Shown piece after piece: positions 8,184 through 21,543 of a stretch of 43,856 nt of DNA (position 1 is its first letter; each line of letters opens with the position of its first letter). This DNA comes from Myxococcaceae bacterium. Lineage in GTDB: Bacteria; Myxococcota; Myxococcia; Myxococcales; Myxococcaceae. Location: positions 1 to 43,856 of the forward strand of contig JADGQZ010000190.1 of NCBI GenBank assembly GCA_017881345.1, read 5' to 3'. The notes under the pieces are model-generated. The model made no database searches. It saw only the letters and a program-made list of their open reading frames with translations, and was not told the DNA's origin. The position numbers and the translations under genes were made by a program.

Positions 8184-8697
8184 GCGCGTCCTCCGGCCAC
8201 CCGAACCCCACCTCGGGGTACAGCGCATCGGCGATCCGCAGGAGGCGCGTGTCCAGCCGCTGCGCCCCGAGCGCCTGGTAGAAGCCGTGCGCCAGGATGT
8301 TGGCCTCCAGCGCCCAGACCAGCACCGGCGTCAGCCTCCGGGCCGCGAGCCAGTCCATCGTTGCCCGGACGAGCGCCGTTCCGTGGCCCCGTGCCTGCTC
8401 CGCGGGGTGGACGTAGATGGCCTCCACCTCGCCGCGGTAGCCGCCCGACTCGCCGCGAGAGGGTCCCGCCGTGCAGAAGCCCACCACCCCGGGGTCGTCC
8501 ACGACGTGGGTGATTCGCCGGCGGTCGGCGACGACGGTGCGCCAGCTGTCGGCGCTCCGCTCCACGTCCAGCGCGTCCAGGAACGCGTCGGGCAGGATGC
8601 CGCGGTAGGTGTGCTGCCAGGTGAGCACCTGGACCCGGGCGATGGCGGGCGCGTCGGCGGGCGTCGCCGGGCGGATCTGTGGCGCCAGCGCCCTCAC
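8170..8697 (-). CDS. GNAT-family N-acetyltransferase
   Basis: The 175-aa ORF has a typical GNAT acetyl-CoA loop region (HPAEQARGHGTALV). Its GTG start overlaps the kef stop (GTGA at 8694-8697). Its 3' end overlaps the convergent lipoprotein gene by 14 nt. Confidence 0.9.
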   Translation of the reverse strand: MRALAPQIRPATPADAPAIARVQVLTWQHTYRGILPDAFLDALDVERSADSWRTVVADRRRITHVVDDPGVVGFCTAGPSRGESGGYRGEVEAIYVHPAEQARGHGTALVRATMDWLAARRLTPVLVWALEANILAHGFYQALGAQRLDTRLLRIADALYPEVGFGWPEDALTEG

Positions 8698-10514
8698 GCG
8701 CTCCTCCGCTCCTCCGCGGCGTCGCGGGCGAAGAGGGACTCGAGCTCGCGGCGCGAGCGCTCGGCGATCTCGATGAGCTTCTTCTCGTCCCGCTGGTACC
8801 GGAACGACTCCTGGAGCATTCGCTCGTCGTGCTCCCGGAACCGGTCCAGCGTCGAGCGTGCGTCGGAGTAGGTGAAGCCGAGCTCCTGCAGCAGCTCCCC
8901 GGTCAGCTCGAGGCTGGAGAGGAACGTCTCGCGGGAGACATGCTCGATGCCCAGCTCCATCAGCTGGTAGGCGTGGGCTCGATTCCGGGCGCGGGCGAAG
9001 ATCATCAGATGCGGGAAGTGCTCCTGCACCTCGCGCGCGGTCCGGACCGACGCCTGCACGTCGTCGATGGCCAGGACGAAGAGCCGGGCCTTGTCCGCCC
9101 GCGCGGCGCGGAGCAGGTCGAGCCGTGAGGCGTCGCCGTAGAAGACCTTGTTCCCGAAGCGCTTGAGGAAGTCGATCTGTGCCGGGTCGGCATCCATCGC
9201 GGTGAAGGGGATGCCCCGGGCCCGCAGGACCCGCCCCACGACCTGACCGAACCGCCCGAAGCCGGCGATGATGATGGGGGTGTCCTGCTCCACGTCTCGA
9301 TCATACGGCCGGTCGTCGCGCATGCGGAGCCTCGGCGCGATGAGGCGATCGTAGGCCAGGGTGAGCAGGGGGGTGAGCGCCATCGAGAGGCTCACCACCA
9401 GCACCAGGATGTCCCGGAGCGGGTCGGCGAGGATCTCTTACGAGACCGCCAGCCCGAAGAGCACGAAGGCGAACTCGCCGCCCTGGGAGAGGAGCACTCC
9501 GAGCTCCCAGGCGGGCGGCCAGGCGTGGAGCACGCGCCGGCCCAGGGCACCGATCGACAGGATCTTGAGGCCGGTCATCCCGAGCACGAGCGCGACGATG
9601 AGGAGCGGGCGCTGCAGCAGCAGCTCGAGGGCCACCGACATGCCCACCGAGATGAAGAACAACCCCATCAGGAGCCCCCGGAAGGGCTCGATGTCCGCCT
9701 CGAGCTCGTGGCGGTACTCCGAGTCCGCCAGCAGCACCCCGGCCATGAAGGCCCCGAGCGCCATGCTGAGCCCCACCGCCGAGACGAGCACCGCCGTGCC
9801 CACCGCGATCAGCAGCGCCGATGCGGTGAAGACCTCCTGGCTCCGGGCCGAGGCGACGAGCCGGAAGGCGGGGCGGAGCAGCGTCCGTCCCACCAGGACG
9901 ATGGCGACGATGAGTCCCGCCGCCTTGGCGAGCGGCACCCAGGAGGTGTCCACCCGGGCGCCCGCGGGACCGAGGAGGGGGAGCACCGCCAGGAGCGGGA
10001 TGACCGCCAGGTCCTGGAAGAGGAGGATGCCGAACGCTGTCTGGCCGCGCGGCGTGGCGAGGTCGTTTCTCTCCCCGAGCAGCTGGAGGACGAAGGCCGT
10101 CGACGACAGGGAAAGCCCGAGCCCGGTGACGAGCGCCGCCTGCCAGGAGAGCCCGAGCACCAGCGCGCCGACGGCGAGGATCGCGCCGGTGAGCGCCACC
10201 TGCGCGCCGCCCACGCCGAACACGCGGGTCCGCAGCTCCCACAGCCGCCGCGGCTGCAGCTCGAGCCCGATCAGGAAGAGCAGGAGCACCACCCCGAGCT
10301 CCGCCAGGTGGCCCACCTCCTCCACGTCCGGGATGAGCCGCAGCCCGTGTGGGCCGATGAGCGCCCCCGCGACCAGGTAGCCCAGCACCGAGCCGAGGCC
10401 GAGCCGCTTGAAGAGCGGGACCGCCACCACCACCACCGTCAGGAAGAGCAGCGCCTCGCGGGTCCCGAGCATGCCAGGCCTTCCGTCAAAGCACGCCCTC
10501 CCTCGGCTCCACAA
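8694..10514 (-). pseudogene. CPA2-family K+/H+ antiporter (KefB/KefC-like, membrane domain plus RCK/KTN domain) interrupted by one in-frame TAA
   Basis: Track ORF 9438..10514 is the membrane domain and ends GGEFAFVLFGLAVS*. Track ORF 8694..9404 is the RCK domain with IIAGFGRFGQ. Both are in the same frame and are separated only by a TAA (complement of 9438-9440) plus 33 readable nt. The total of 606 codons matches the canonical KefB/KefC size. Confidence 0.75.
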
Positions 10515-10526
10515 CGCGTCTCGCCG

Positions 10527-12731
10527 TCACGGTCCCGGGGACAGCAACCACTGGACGGTCAGCGGGGGCAGATCGAGCTGGAGGGACTCCGGCAGCGCAT
10601 CCCAGGGGAGGTGCTCGGTGCGCACCATCGAGGGGCCGCTCCGGTCGCGCCCGCCCACCGCCGCGGCGTCGGTGTCGAGGATGCGCTGCCAGCTGCCCGC
10701 GATCGGGGCGCCCAGCCGGTAGCCGGGCCAGGCCTGGTTGGCCAGGTTGGCGATGCAGGCGATGGACCGCCCCGAGCGGTCCCGGCGGAGGAAGCAATAG
10801 ACGTTGCTGCTCGCCGCGTCGGCCTGGATCCACTGGAAGCCATCGGCACGGTCGTCCTGCGCGTGCAGGGCCGGGTGCTCCGCGTAGAGATGGTTGAGGC
10901 TGCGGACCAGAGCCTGGATCCCCGCGTGCGCCGGGTCTGCCAGGAGGTGCCAGTCGAGGCTCCGGTCGTGGTTCCACTCCGCCGCCTGGCCGATCTCGCC
11001 ACCCATGAAGAGGAGCTTGCGGCCGGGGTGGGCCCACATCCAGGCGAGCAGGGCGCGCAGGTTCGCCGCCTTCTGGTCGTCGTACCCGGGCATCCGCCCC
11101 CAGAGCGAGCGCTTCATGTGCACGACCTCGTCGTGCGAGAGCGGGAGCACGTACCGCTCGCTGTAGGCGTAGAGGAGCCCGAAGGTGAGCTTGTTGTGCT
11201 CGTGCATCCGGTACAGCGGATCGGCGGCGAAGTACTTCAAGGTGTCGTGCATCCACCCCATGTTCCACTTGAGGGTGAAGCCGAGGCCGCCCTCGCCGAC
11301 GGGCGCGGTGACCCTGGGCCACGCCGTCGACTCCTCGGCGATGACGTGCACTCCGGGGTGACGCGCGTGCACCGAGGCGTTGAGCTCGCGGAGGAAGGTG
11401 ATGGCCTCCTCGTTCTCCCGTCCGCCCGACTTGTTGGGGACCCACTTGCCGGGTTGCCGCGAGTAATCGAGGTAGAGCATGGAGGCGACCGCATCCACCC
11501 GCAGTCCGTCCACGTGGTACTCGTCGAGCCAGAAGTGCGCGTTGCCGACGAGGAAGTTGCGCACCTCGTTGCGGCCGAAGTTGAAGACGTAGGTGCCCCA
11601 GTCGGGCTGCTCACCCTGCCGCGGATCGGCGTGCTCGAACATCGCCGTCCCGTCGAACCGGCCCAGTCCCCAGACGTCCCGCGGGAAGTGCCCCGGCACC
11701 CAGTCGATGAGGACGCCGATCCCCTCCTGGTGCATGTGGTCCACCAGGAAGCGGAAGTCGTCCGGGTGGCCGAAGCGCGCGGTCGGAGCGAAGTAGTTGC
11801 CGACCTGGTACCCCCACGAGCCGCCGAAGGGGTGCTCGGCCACCGGCAGCAGCTCCACGTGGGTGAAGCCCATGTCGCGGCAGTAGGCGGCGAGCTCCAC
11901 GCCGAGCTCGCGGTAGGTGAGCGGGCGGTTGCCCTCCTCGGGGACGCGCCGCCAGCTGCCGAGGTGGACCTCGTAGATGCTCATCGGCCGCGCGAAGAGA
12001 TCGCCGCGGGCCCGCTGCTCCATCCAGCCGGCATCACGCCAGGCGTACTGGTCCAGCGCGTGCACCACCGAGGCGTTCTGGGGCGGGACCTCGGTGCGGA
12101 AGGCGTAGGGGTCCACCTTCAGGAACGGAGGGCCTCCGCCGGCCGGACGGATCTCGAACTTGTACCGGGCGCCGTCGCCCAGCTCGGGCACGAAGAGCTC
12201 CCAGATCCCGGAACCGCCCATCCTCCGCATCGGGTGGAGCCGGCCGTCCCAGCCGTTGAAGTCGCCCACCACCGAGACGCCCGCCGCGGTGGGTGCCCAC
12301 ACCGCGAACGCCGTCCCGTACGTCCCGCCGTGGAGCATCGGGTGGGCCCCGAGCCGCTCCCAGGGGCGCTCGTGCCGGCCCTCGTTGACCAGGTACGCGT
12401 CGAGCTCGCCGAGCGTGGGCCAGAACCGGTACGGGTCGCCGAGGGTGAAGCGGCGGCCACCGGGATAGGTGACGCAGAGGTGATACGGACCGATGCCCCG
12501 GGGCGCGTGCACCTCGAACATGCCCTGACCGAGGGGACGCATCGGCCACTCGCCGCCGTCGTCGGCGATGACGGTGATGCCCTCGGCGTCGGGGCGGAAG
12601 GCGCGCACCACCGTGCCGCCGCCCGGCTCGGGGTGAGCCCCGAGGATCTGGTGCGGCTCGGGGTGGTGCAGGGCGCGGATGGCGTCGAGGGCACCCTGGA
12701 GCCCCGCGTCCCGGGAGGCGGCGGCGGTCAC
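10527..12731 (-). CDS. glgB: 1,4-alpha-glucan branching enzyme
   Basis: GH13 branching-enzyme blocks are present (GFTHVELLPVAEHP, DGLRVDAVASMLY, IAEESTAWP). I placed the start at the GTG that overlaps the mak stop (GTGA at 12728-12731), giving 734 aa. The upstream 53 aa of the track ORF overlap mak. Confidence 0.9.
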   Translation of the reverse strand: MTAAASRDAGLQGALDAIRALHHPEPHQILGAHPEPGGGTVVRAFRPDAEGITVIADDGGEWPMRPLGQGMFEVHAPRGIGPYHLCVTYPGGRRFTLGDPYRFWPTLGELDAYLVNEGRHERPWERLGAHPMLHGGTYGTAFAVWAPTAAGVSVVGDFNGWDGRLHPMRRMGGSGIWELFVPELGDGARYKFEIRPAGGGPPFLKVDPYAFRTEVPPQNASVVHALDQYAWRDAGWMEQRARGDLFARPMSIYEVHLGSWRRVPEEGNRPLTYRELGVELAAYCRDMGFTHVELLPVAEHPFGGSWGYQVGNYFAPTARFGHPDDFRFLVDHMHQEGIGVLIDWVPGHFPRDVWGLGRFDGTAMFEHADPRQGEQPDWGTYVFNFGRNEVRNFLVGNAHFWLDEYHVDGLRVDAVASMLYLDYSRQPGKWVPNKSGGRENEEAITFLRELNASVHARHPGVHVIAEESTAWPRVTAPVGEGGLGFTLKWNMGWMHDTLKYFAADPLYRMHEHNKLTFGLLYAYSERYVLPLSHDEVVHMKRSLWGRMPGYDDQKAANLRALLAWMWAHPGRKLLFMGGEIGQAAEWNHDRSLDWHLLADPAHAGIQALVRSLNHLYAEHPALHAQDDRADGFQWIQADAASSNVYCFLRRDRSGRSIACIANLANQAWPGYRLGAPIAGSWQRILDTDAAAVGGRDRSGPSMVRTEHLPWDALPESLQLDLPPLTVQWLLSPGP

Positions 12732-14034
12732 GCCAGCCCCTCGGCCGGGATGTGCGCCCAGTCGGGCCGCATCTGCAGCTCGTAGCGCAGCTCGTAGAGC
12801 GTCTTCTCGAGCTCCAGCACGTCGAGCATCACCCGGGTGTCCTCGATGCTCGCCGGGAGCAGCCCCGTGCCCTCGACCGCGGCGCGCCACCCCTGGAGGA
12901 ACGCCGTCTTGGCCGCTCCCACCGAGCGCCGCCGGGCGGCAGGAGGCACCGCGGCGACGGCCGCGGCGTACGAGAACGAGCGGAGCATCCCCGCCACGTC
13001 GCGCAGCGGGGTGTGCTTCTCCCGCCGTGCCGCGTAGGGCCGCGTCGGCTCACCCTCGAAGTCGATCACCATCCAGTCGTCACCCGTCCAGAGGGCCTGC
13101 CCCAGGTGCAGGTCCCCGTGCTGGCGGATCTTCTGACCCGATGGGGCGACCGCGGCCAGCGCCTTCGCCCGCTCGGTGAGCGCGTCCTGCCGCTCGGCCA
13201 GCTCGGGGAAGCGGTCGGATGCCTTGGACAGGGTGACCCCCAGCTCGCCCACGATGGAGCTGCTCCAGCGCTGGAGGTCCTCCTGGTGAATGGGCTCCGG
13301 GGCGAAGGCCGGATCCGCGGGGTCGGAGGCGAGGACCCGGTGGAGCTCGCCAACCCGCGTGCCGAGCCGCTCCAGCCTCCGCAGAACCTCGCGATCCGGC
13401 TCATGGGCCTTCCGGAGCGCGTCGGTGAGGTAGGCCCAGCCGTCCCCCTGGTTGGGGACGAAGGCATAGAGCAGGGCCAGCTCGCTCGCGCTCGGCCCCT
13501 CGAGGGTCAACGAGGCCAGGAGCTGGGGCGTGGACCGGTACCCGTGGGTGGCCAGGAAGCGGCCCACCTCGACCTCCGGGGACAGCCCCACCTCGAGCTT
13601 GCGGAGGATCTTGAGAAGCACCCGCTCGTCGAGCACCAGGCTGGTGTTGCTCTGCTCGACGCCCAGCGCCCGGACCGCCGGCTCGGGGGGCAGGGCGGCG
13701 AGGAGCTCGCCACCGCGGCCGATGGTCTCGCTCCGGACCATGCCGGAGCCGAGCGGGACCTGCCGGCCGTCGCGGGCGAAGGAAAGCACGCCCCGCGCCA
13801 CCGCCGGGTCCTCGAGCGCGTCGCGCAGGCTCCCGTCGGCCATCCGCTGGAGCAGCACGAGGTACGTCTCGAGCGAGCCGAGCACGTAGCTCACCCGCAC
13901 GATCTCCACCTCCGCCTCGCTTGCCGACTGGATCGGGATGCGCTCCAGCACCTCCACCTTGGAGATGGGCACGCCCTTGCCGCCGAACCAGCGCTGCTGC
14001 TCGAGCCAGGTGGTGACCTCCTCGATGGTGGCGT

Positions 14035-14038
<4 letters not shown>
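12728..14038 (-). CDS. mak: maltokinase (maltose 1-phosphate-forming, Pep2/Mak)
   Basis: The inner ATG gives MNATIEEV, 436 aa. Kinase-like blocks are [17 protein letters not shown] and [15 protein letters not shown]. An ATGA overlap with the treS stop lies at 14035-14038. Confidence 0.85.
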
Positions 14039-15690
<1,652 letters not shown>

Positions 15691-15701
15691 TCGCGCCCTG
15701 C

Positions 15702-17843
<2,142 letters not shown>

Positions 17844-17916
17844 GCTGGGCTGGAAGCTGTACACGAAGGGAGGCTCGGCACCCCGGAGCAACGCGCAGAA
17901 GGTCCTCGGCCAGTGT

Positions 17917-20142
17917 TCACCCGCGGTCGCTGCCGGCGGTCCCGGAGGACTGGGCCTTCAGCGCTGCCTCGGTTGCCCGGAGCAGCGGCTCCGCCGAGAC
18001 CGGTGCACCCGTGGCGTGGATCATCCAGAGATCCGGCGTCACCCGGCCATACGAGGCCACCCGCTCGAACTCTGCGCCCGACCGTGGGCCCTTCAGCTTC
18101 TCCTCGAGCTGGAAGGCGATGAGGTGCCCCAGGGGATAGGCGGGCAGGTAGAGGAACGACGGCGCGATGAGGTGCGAGTAGATGCCGAGCAGGGCAGAGT
18201 CCTTGCCACCGAGCACCGGCGCGTAGAACCGGTTCCAGATGCCACGGGCGAGCCCCAGCATCGCCTCGCGGAGCTGGGCGGGCGTCGCGTCCGGATGGGC
18301 GTACATCCAGTGCCAGACCTCGATGTCCAGGAGCGCCACGCCGGCGATCTCCCAGGTGCCCCAGAAGTCGTTGAGCGTCCGGAGCCGCTCGTCGCGCGCG
18401 CTCGGCTTGCCCATCCCCAGCAGCTCGAGATCCCGGGCCTGGAAGGTGAACGCCAGCGCCTCGGTGAAGGCGTTGCCGGGGACGCCGGCGAGCAGCGTGC
18501 TGTCCACCTCGTAGAGCGAGAAGACCTGCTCCACGCTGTGGCCCATCTCGTGGACCGCGATGTTGTATCCCTTGTAGTCCATGCCCCCCGGGGCGACCCG
18601 GGTACGCAGGTGGGGGAAGTCGCCCCGCCGGGCCGACTGGAGCGCGTGCCCCGAGCCGCGCGCGGGGTCCACCACGATCCGCTGGGCGAGCCAGGTTGCC
18701 TTCGCCGGGGTGAAGCCGAGCTCCCGGAGCAGCCGCGGCATGTCCCTGGCGTAGGCCTCGGGCGTGGGGTACCGCCGCCGGGTCAGCGCGTCGAGCTTCG
18801 CCTCGGGGATCCGCGCCCGGGCGAGGAAGCCGCCGTACCAGAGGTCGTGCGGCTCGAGCGGGCGGCCCAGCCGCTGCTGGATGAGCGCGGCCACCTGCGG
18901 CGCGAGCGGCGAGGCGACGATGGACTCGAGCAGCGCGCGGAACCGCGCCTCCGGGATCTCGTAATCGAGGCGGAACCGTCGGTCCATCTCGGTCGGGGCG
19001 AATGGGGAGTCCTGGTCCGTGCGCCGCGCGGCCTGGAAGTTCCGGAGAAGGAGCGCGTACCGGGTGTCCGGCTCGCGGTCGGCGCTGACCGCCAGCGGCG
19101 CCACGCCCTTGCCGGTCTGGGTCGGCGGACGCGGCTCGACCTCTGCCGCCGGCGCCACCGCGACCACGTTGCGCACCGGATCCCAGTCCAGGCGCGGATC
19201 GTCGATCACCGCCCGGGGAATCTCCTGGGCCACGATGCGCTCCATGGCTGCGCGGATGAGCCGCTGGCGCTCGAGCCCTGCTGGCCCCTCGGCGTAGTCG
19301 GCCTTGATCTGGTCGCGGAGGTTCCAGTGACTGAGGAGCCGCTTCCCCTTCGGGAACGGCCGTTCGCCACCGGCGCCGACCAGGTGGTGCACCCAGAGGT
19401 TGTACCCGGCGATGTACGCCTCGGCGGCCGAGTAGGCCTCGGCACGCTGCGCGAGGGCGGCTCCCGAGGGCCGCGTCGCGAAGCGCCCGGTGAGCCGTGC
19501 CTCTGCCCATCGCGTGCGGGACCAGCCCGGACCCTGGGCGACCATCTCGTCGAGCGTGTCCAGCGGCCAGTTCAGGAGCACGGTGAAGGCGACCTTCGAG
19601 GAGAAGCTGTCGTCCTGGAGATGGGCGCTCGGATCGGCGGCGGCGAGCAGCGCGTCCACCGGGAGCTCCGGGCCGCGCTCGAGGTCCGCGCCCTCGCGCC
19701 ACGTCCGGCCAATTTCCAGGAAGTGGCCGTCGGCCGACTCGAAGGCCTCGGCGAGCCGGACCCGCGTCCGGTCGAGGACGGTCGGGTCGGCGATGAACGC
19801 CGAGGTGACGAACTGCTCCTGGGCCTTCCGGTCTCCGTCCTCGGCCCGCCAGAAGGCCAGGACCTGCCGGACGCCACGCTCGGCCCGGGGTCGGACAGCC
19901 TCGCCATGGAGCCCGACGAGGGCGTTCACCAGCGTGGTCGAAGGAGCAGGGGCGGGCGCCGCTCCACCGCCGGGAATGGGAACCATCGGAACCTCGGGTG
20001 CGCTGACCCGCGCGGGCGCCCGGGCGCTGGCCTCGGGCGGCGACCCATGACTCGCGGAGACCGCTGGTGCCGGGGGACTGCCCGCACACGCGGTGAGGAG
20101 GAGGAGGAGGAGGAGCGGCCGGCGGCACGAGGCTCGGACCAT
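17917..20142 (-). CDS. zinc metallopeptidase-like lipoprotein (HEXXH plus downstream Glu, gluzincin type)
   Basis: This is the 741-aa track ORF. MVRASCRRPLLLLLLLTACAG is a signal peptide plus lipobox. HEMGH is followed 26 residues later by TEALAF. I cannot assign a peptidase family by eye. Confidence 0.85.
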   Translation of the reverse strand: MVRASCRRPLLLLLLLTACAGSPPAPAVSASHGSPPEASARAPARVSAPEVPMVPIPGGGAAPAPAPSTTLVNALVGLHGEAVRPRAERGVRQVLAFWRAEDGDRKAQEQFVTSAFIADPTVLDRTRVRLAEAFESADGHFLEIGRTWREGADLERGPELPVDALLAAADPSAHLQDDSFSSKVAFTVLLNWPLDTLDEMVAQGPGWSRTRWAEARLTGRFATRPSGAALAQRAEAYSAAEAYIAGYNLWVHHLVGAGGERPFPKGKRLLSHWNLRDQIKADYAEGPAGLERQRLIRAAMERIVAQEIPRAVIDDPRLDWDPVRNVVAVAPAAEVEPRPPTQTGKGVAPLAVSADREPDTRYALLLRNFQAARRTDQDSPFAPTEMDRRFRLDYEIPEARFRALLESIVASPLAPQVAALIQQRLGRPLEPHDLWYGGFLARARIPEAKLDALTRRRYPTPEAYARDMPRLLRELGFTPAKATWLAQRIVVDPARGSGHALQSARRGDFPHLRTRVAPGGMDYKGYNIAVHEMGHSVEQVFSLYEVDSTLLAGVPGNAFTEALAFTFQARDLELLGMGKPSARDERLRTLNDFWGTWEIAGVALLDIEVWHWMYAHPDATPAQLREAMLGLARGIWNRFYAPVLGGKDSALLGIYSHLIAPSFLYLPAYPLGHLIAFQLEEKLKGPRSGAEFERVASYGRVTPDLWMIHATGAPVSAEPLLRATEAALKAQSSGTAGSDRG
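20095..20115. repeat. perfect (GAG)7 trinucleotide run, read as CTC x7 (Leu7) on the coding strand
   Basis: The run is read directly from the sequence. It encodes residues L10-L16 of the signal-peptide core of the HEXXH lipoprotein. Confidence 0.9.
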
Positions 20143-20157
20143 GGGGCGGTCGGTGCC

Positions 20158-20367
20158 CTAGGGAGTCTGCGTCTCCGGCGTGCGCGGCCTGTCCCGGTAG
20201 AAGAGCACCAGCGAGAAGCAGTGGAACTCGTTGTCGCTCGACTGGCAGACCACCCGGTCCACCACCTCGAGGTCCGCGTTGCTCTTGAGCCAGCGGGTGA
20301 CGTTCTCACCCAGCTCCTCGCGGTCCCGTGCCTTGGTGGCCGAGAACACCTTCACGCCCGTGAACAT
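20158..20367 (-). CDS. small hypothetical protein (69 aa)
   Basis: The ATG is preceded by GGGGAGGGG. The composition is protein-like (MFTGVKVFSATKARDREELGENVTRWLKSN...). The gene ends 15 nt before the HEXXH lipoprotein start. Confidence 0.7.
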   Translation of the reverse strand: MFTGVKVFSATKARDREELGENVTRWLKSNADLEVVDRVVCQSSDNEFHCFSLVLFYRDRPRTPETQTP

Positions 20368-20437
20368 GCGCCGAACCCCTCCCCGGGACCGTCGCCCGCC
20401 TGGTTGTATGGCATGCGGCCGGAAGGAGTGTCAAAGG

Positions 20438-20770
20438 ATGGTGGCGTCCACCGCGACCCATGCCCAACCTGTCCGGAGTCGTCGGGCGGCGGGCGAGGGC
20501 GAAGTCTTGAACAACAAGAAAGACGCGGCGGTTCGCTTCATCCAGCAGATCCAGCGCATGGACCCCAGACAGCTCCATGCGATGATCTCCCGGGAGGCGG
20601 GCGAGGACCTGGCGCAGTTCTTCATGTCGTACAGCGCGACGCTGATCGCCCGCGACCCGGAGCGGATGCTCCAGAACGGGTCGTCGCTGATGCTGATGGG
20701 CTATCTCATCCGGACGCAGGAGGAGCGCGGCGCCGAGCCCGCGTTCCACCAGCCGCTCGCCTACGCCTGA
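20438..20770 (+). CDS. hypothetical protein (110 aa)
   Basis: ATG 20438 is preceded by GGAAGGAG at a good spacing, and ATG 20408 is an alternative. The earlier part of track ORF 20231..20770 overlaps the minus-strand gene. I recognise no motif. Confidence 0.7.
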   Translation: MVASTATHAQPVRSRRAAGEGEVLNNKKDAAVRFIQQIQRMDPRQLHAMISREAGEDLAQFFMSYSATLIARDPERMLQNGSSLMLMGYLIRTQEERGAEPAFHQPLAYA

Positions 20771-20820
20771 ACGGCTCGACGCGGGAGGGGGTCCGTGCTA
20801 GCCGCGGCCCTCCTGCGACC

Positions 20821-21543
20821 ATGCTGATCGACCTCCACGTTCATTCCCACCTCTCCCGGGGGTGCGATCTCGACCCCCGCGCCGTCGTCGAGCGGGCCGC
20901 CACGCTCGGCATCGAGGGGGTGGCCTTCACCGAGACCAACACCCAGGACGGCTCCGACGAGCTGTTCGCCCTCCAGGCCCGGACACCGCTGCGCATCTTC
21001 GTGGGCCTGGAGCTGGTGACCGACCGCGGACAGTTCCTCTGCTTCTTCCCGCGGCCCGACCAGGTCCCCGAGCCGGTCCAGCTCTGGGGCAGCAACCGCG
21101 AGAAGCCCTGGAGCGCCGCCGAGTGCATCCCCAAGGTGCTCTCGCTCGGGGCGGTGGTGGTGGCCGCCCGCCCGTACGACCGGGATTTTCCCACGCCGGC
21201 GCTGGACCAGGTGTTGAGCATCCAGGGCCTGTCGGCCGTCGAGGGCTACAACGCCCGGGTGCGCCAGCCGGCCAACGACCTCGCCGTCGAGGCCGCCGAG
21301 AAGCTCGGCCTTCCCTGCGTGGGTGGCAGCGACGCCCGGCTGACGCTCGACGAGGTGGGCCGAGGGGCGACGTTCTTCCGCGACCCGCTCCAGAGCCAGG
21401 CCGATCTGCTCGCCGCGCTGCGCGGGAAGGCCTACTGGCCGGTGATGGTGGGCGAGCTGCCCCGGCTGGGCAAGCCCGGCGAGGCCCGCGAGCTCGAGCG
21501 GCCCCGGAAGAAGAAGGGCGGCTTCAGGGGACGGTTCCGGTAG
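20821..21543 (+). CDS. PHP-domain metal-dependent phosphoesterase
   Basis: The start MLIDLHVHSHLS carries the HxH PHP motif. The gene is the last 240 aa of the 1563-aa track ORF 16852..21543. The rest of that ORF is antisense shadow. Confidence 0.88.
   Translation: MLIDLHVHSHLSRGCDLDPRAVVERAATLGIEGVAFTETNTQDGSDELFALQARTPLRIFVGLELVTDRGQFLCFFPRPDQVPEPVQLWGSNREKPWSAAECIPKVLSLGAVVVAARPYDRDFPTPALDQVLSIQGLSAVEGYNARVRQPANDLAVEAAEKLGLPCVGGSDARLTLDEVGRGATFFRDPLQSQADLLAALRGKAYWPVMVGELPRLGKPGEARELERPRKKKGGFRGRFR

Noticed and set aside
9525-12785. 1086-aa plus-strand ORF
   Set aside because: It is antisense to the kef and glgB genes, both of which have unmistakable family motifs, and its composition is low-complexity and Arg/Glu/Gly/Pro-rich.
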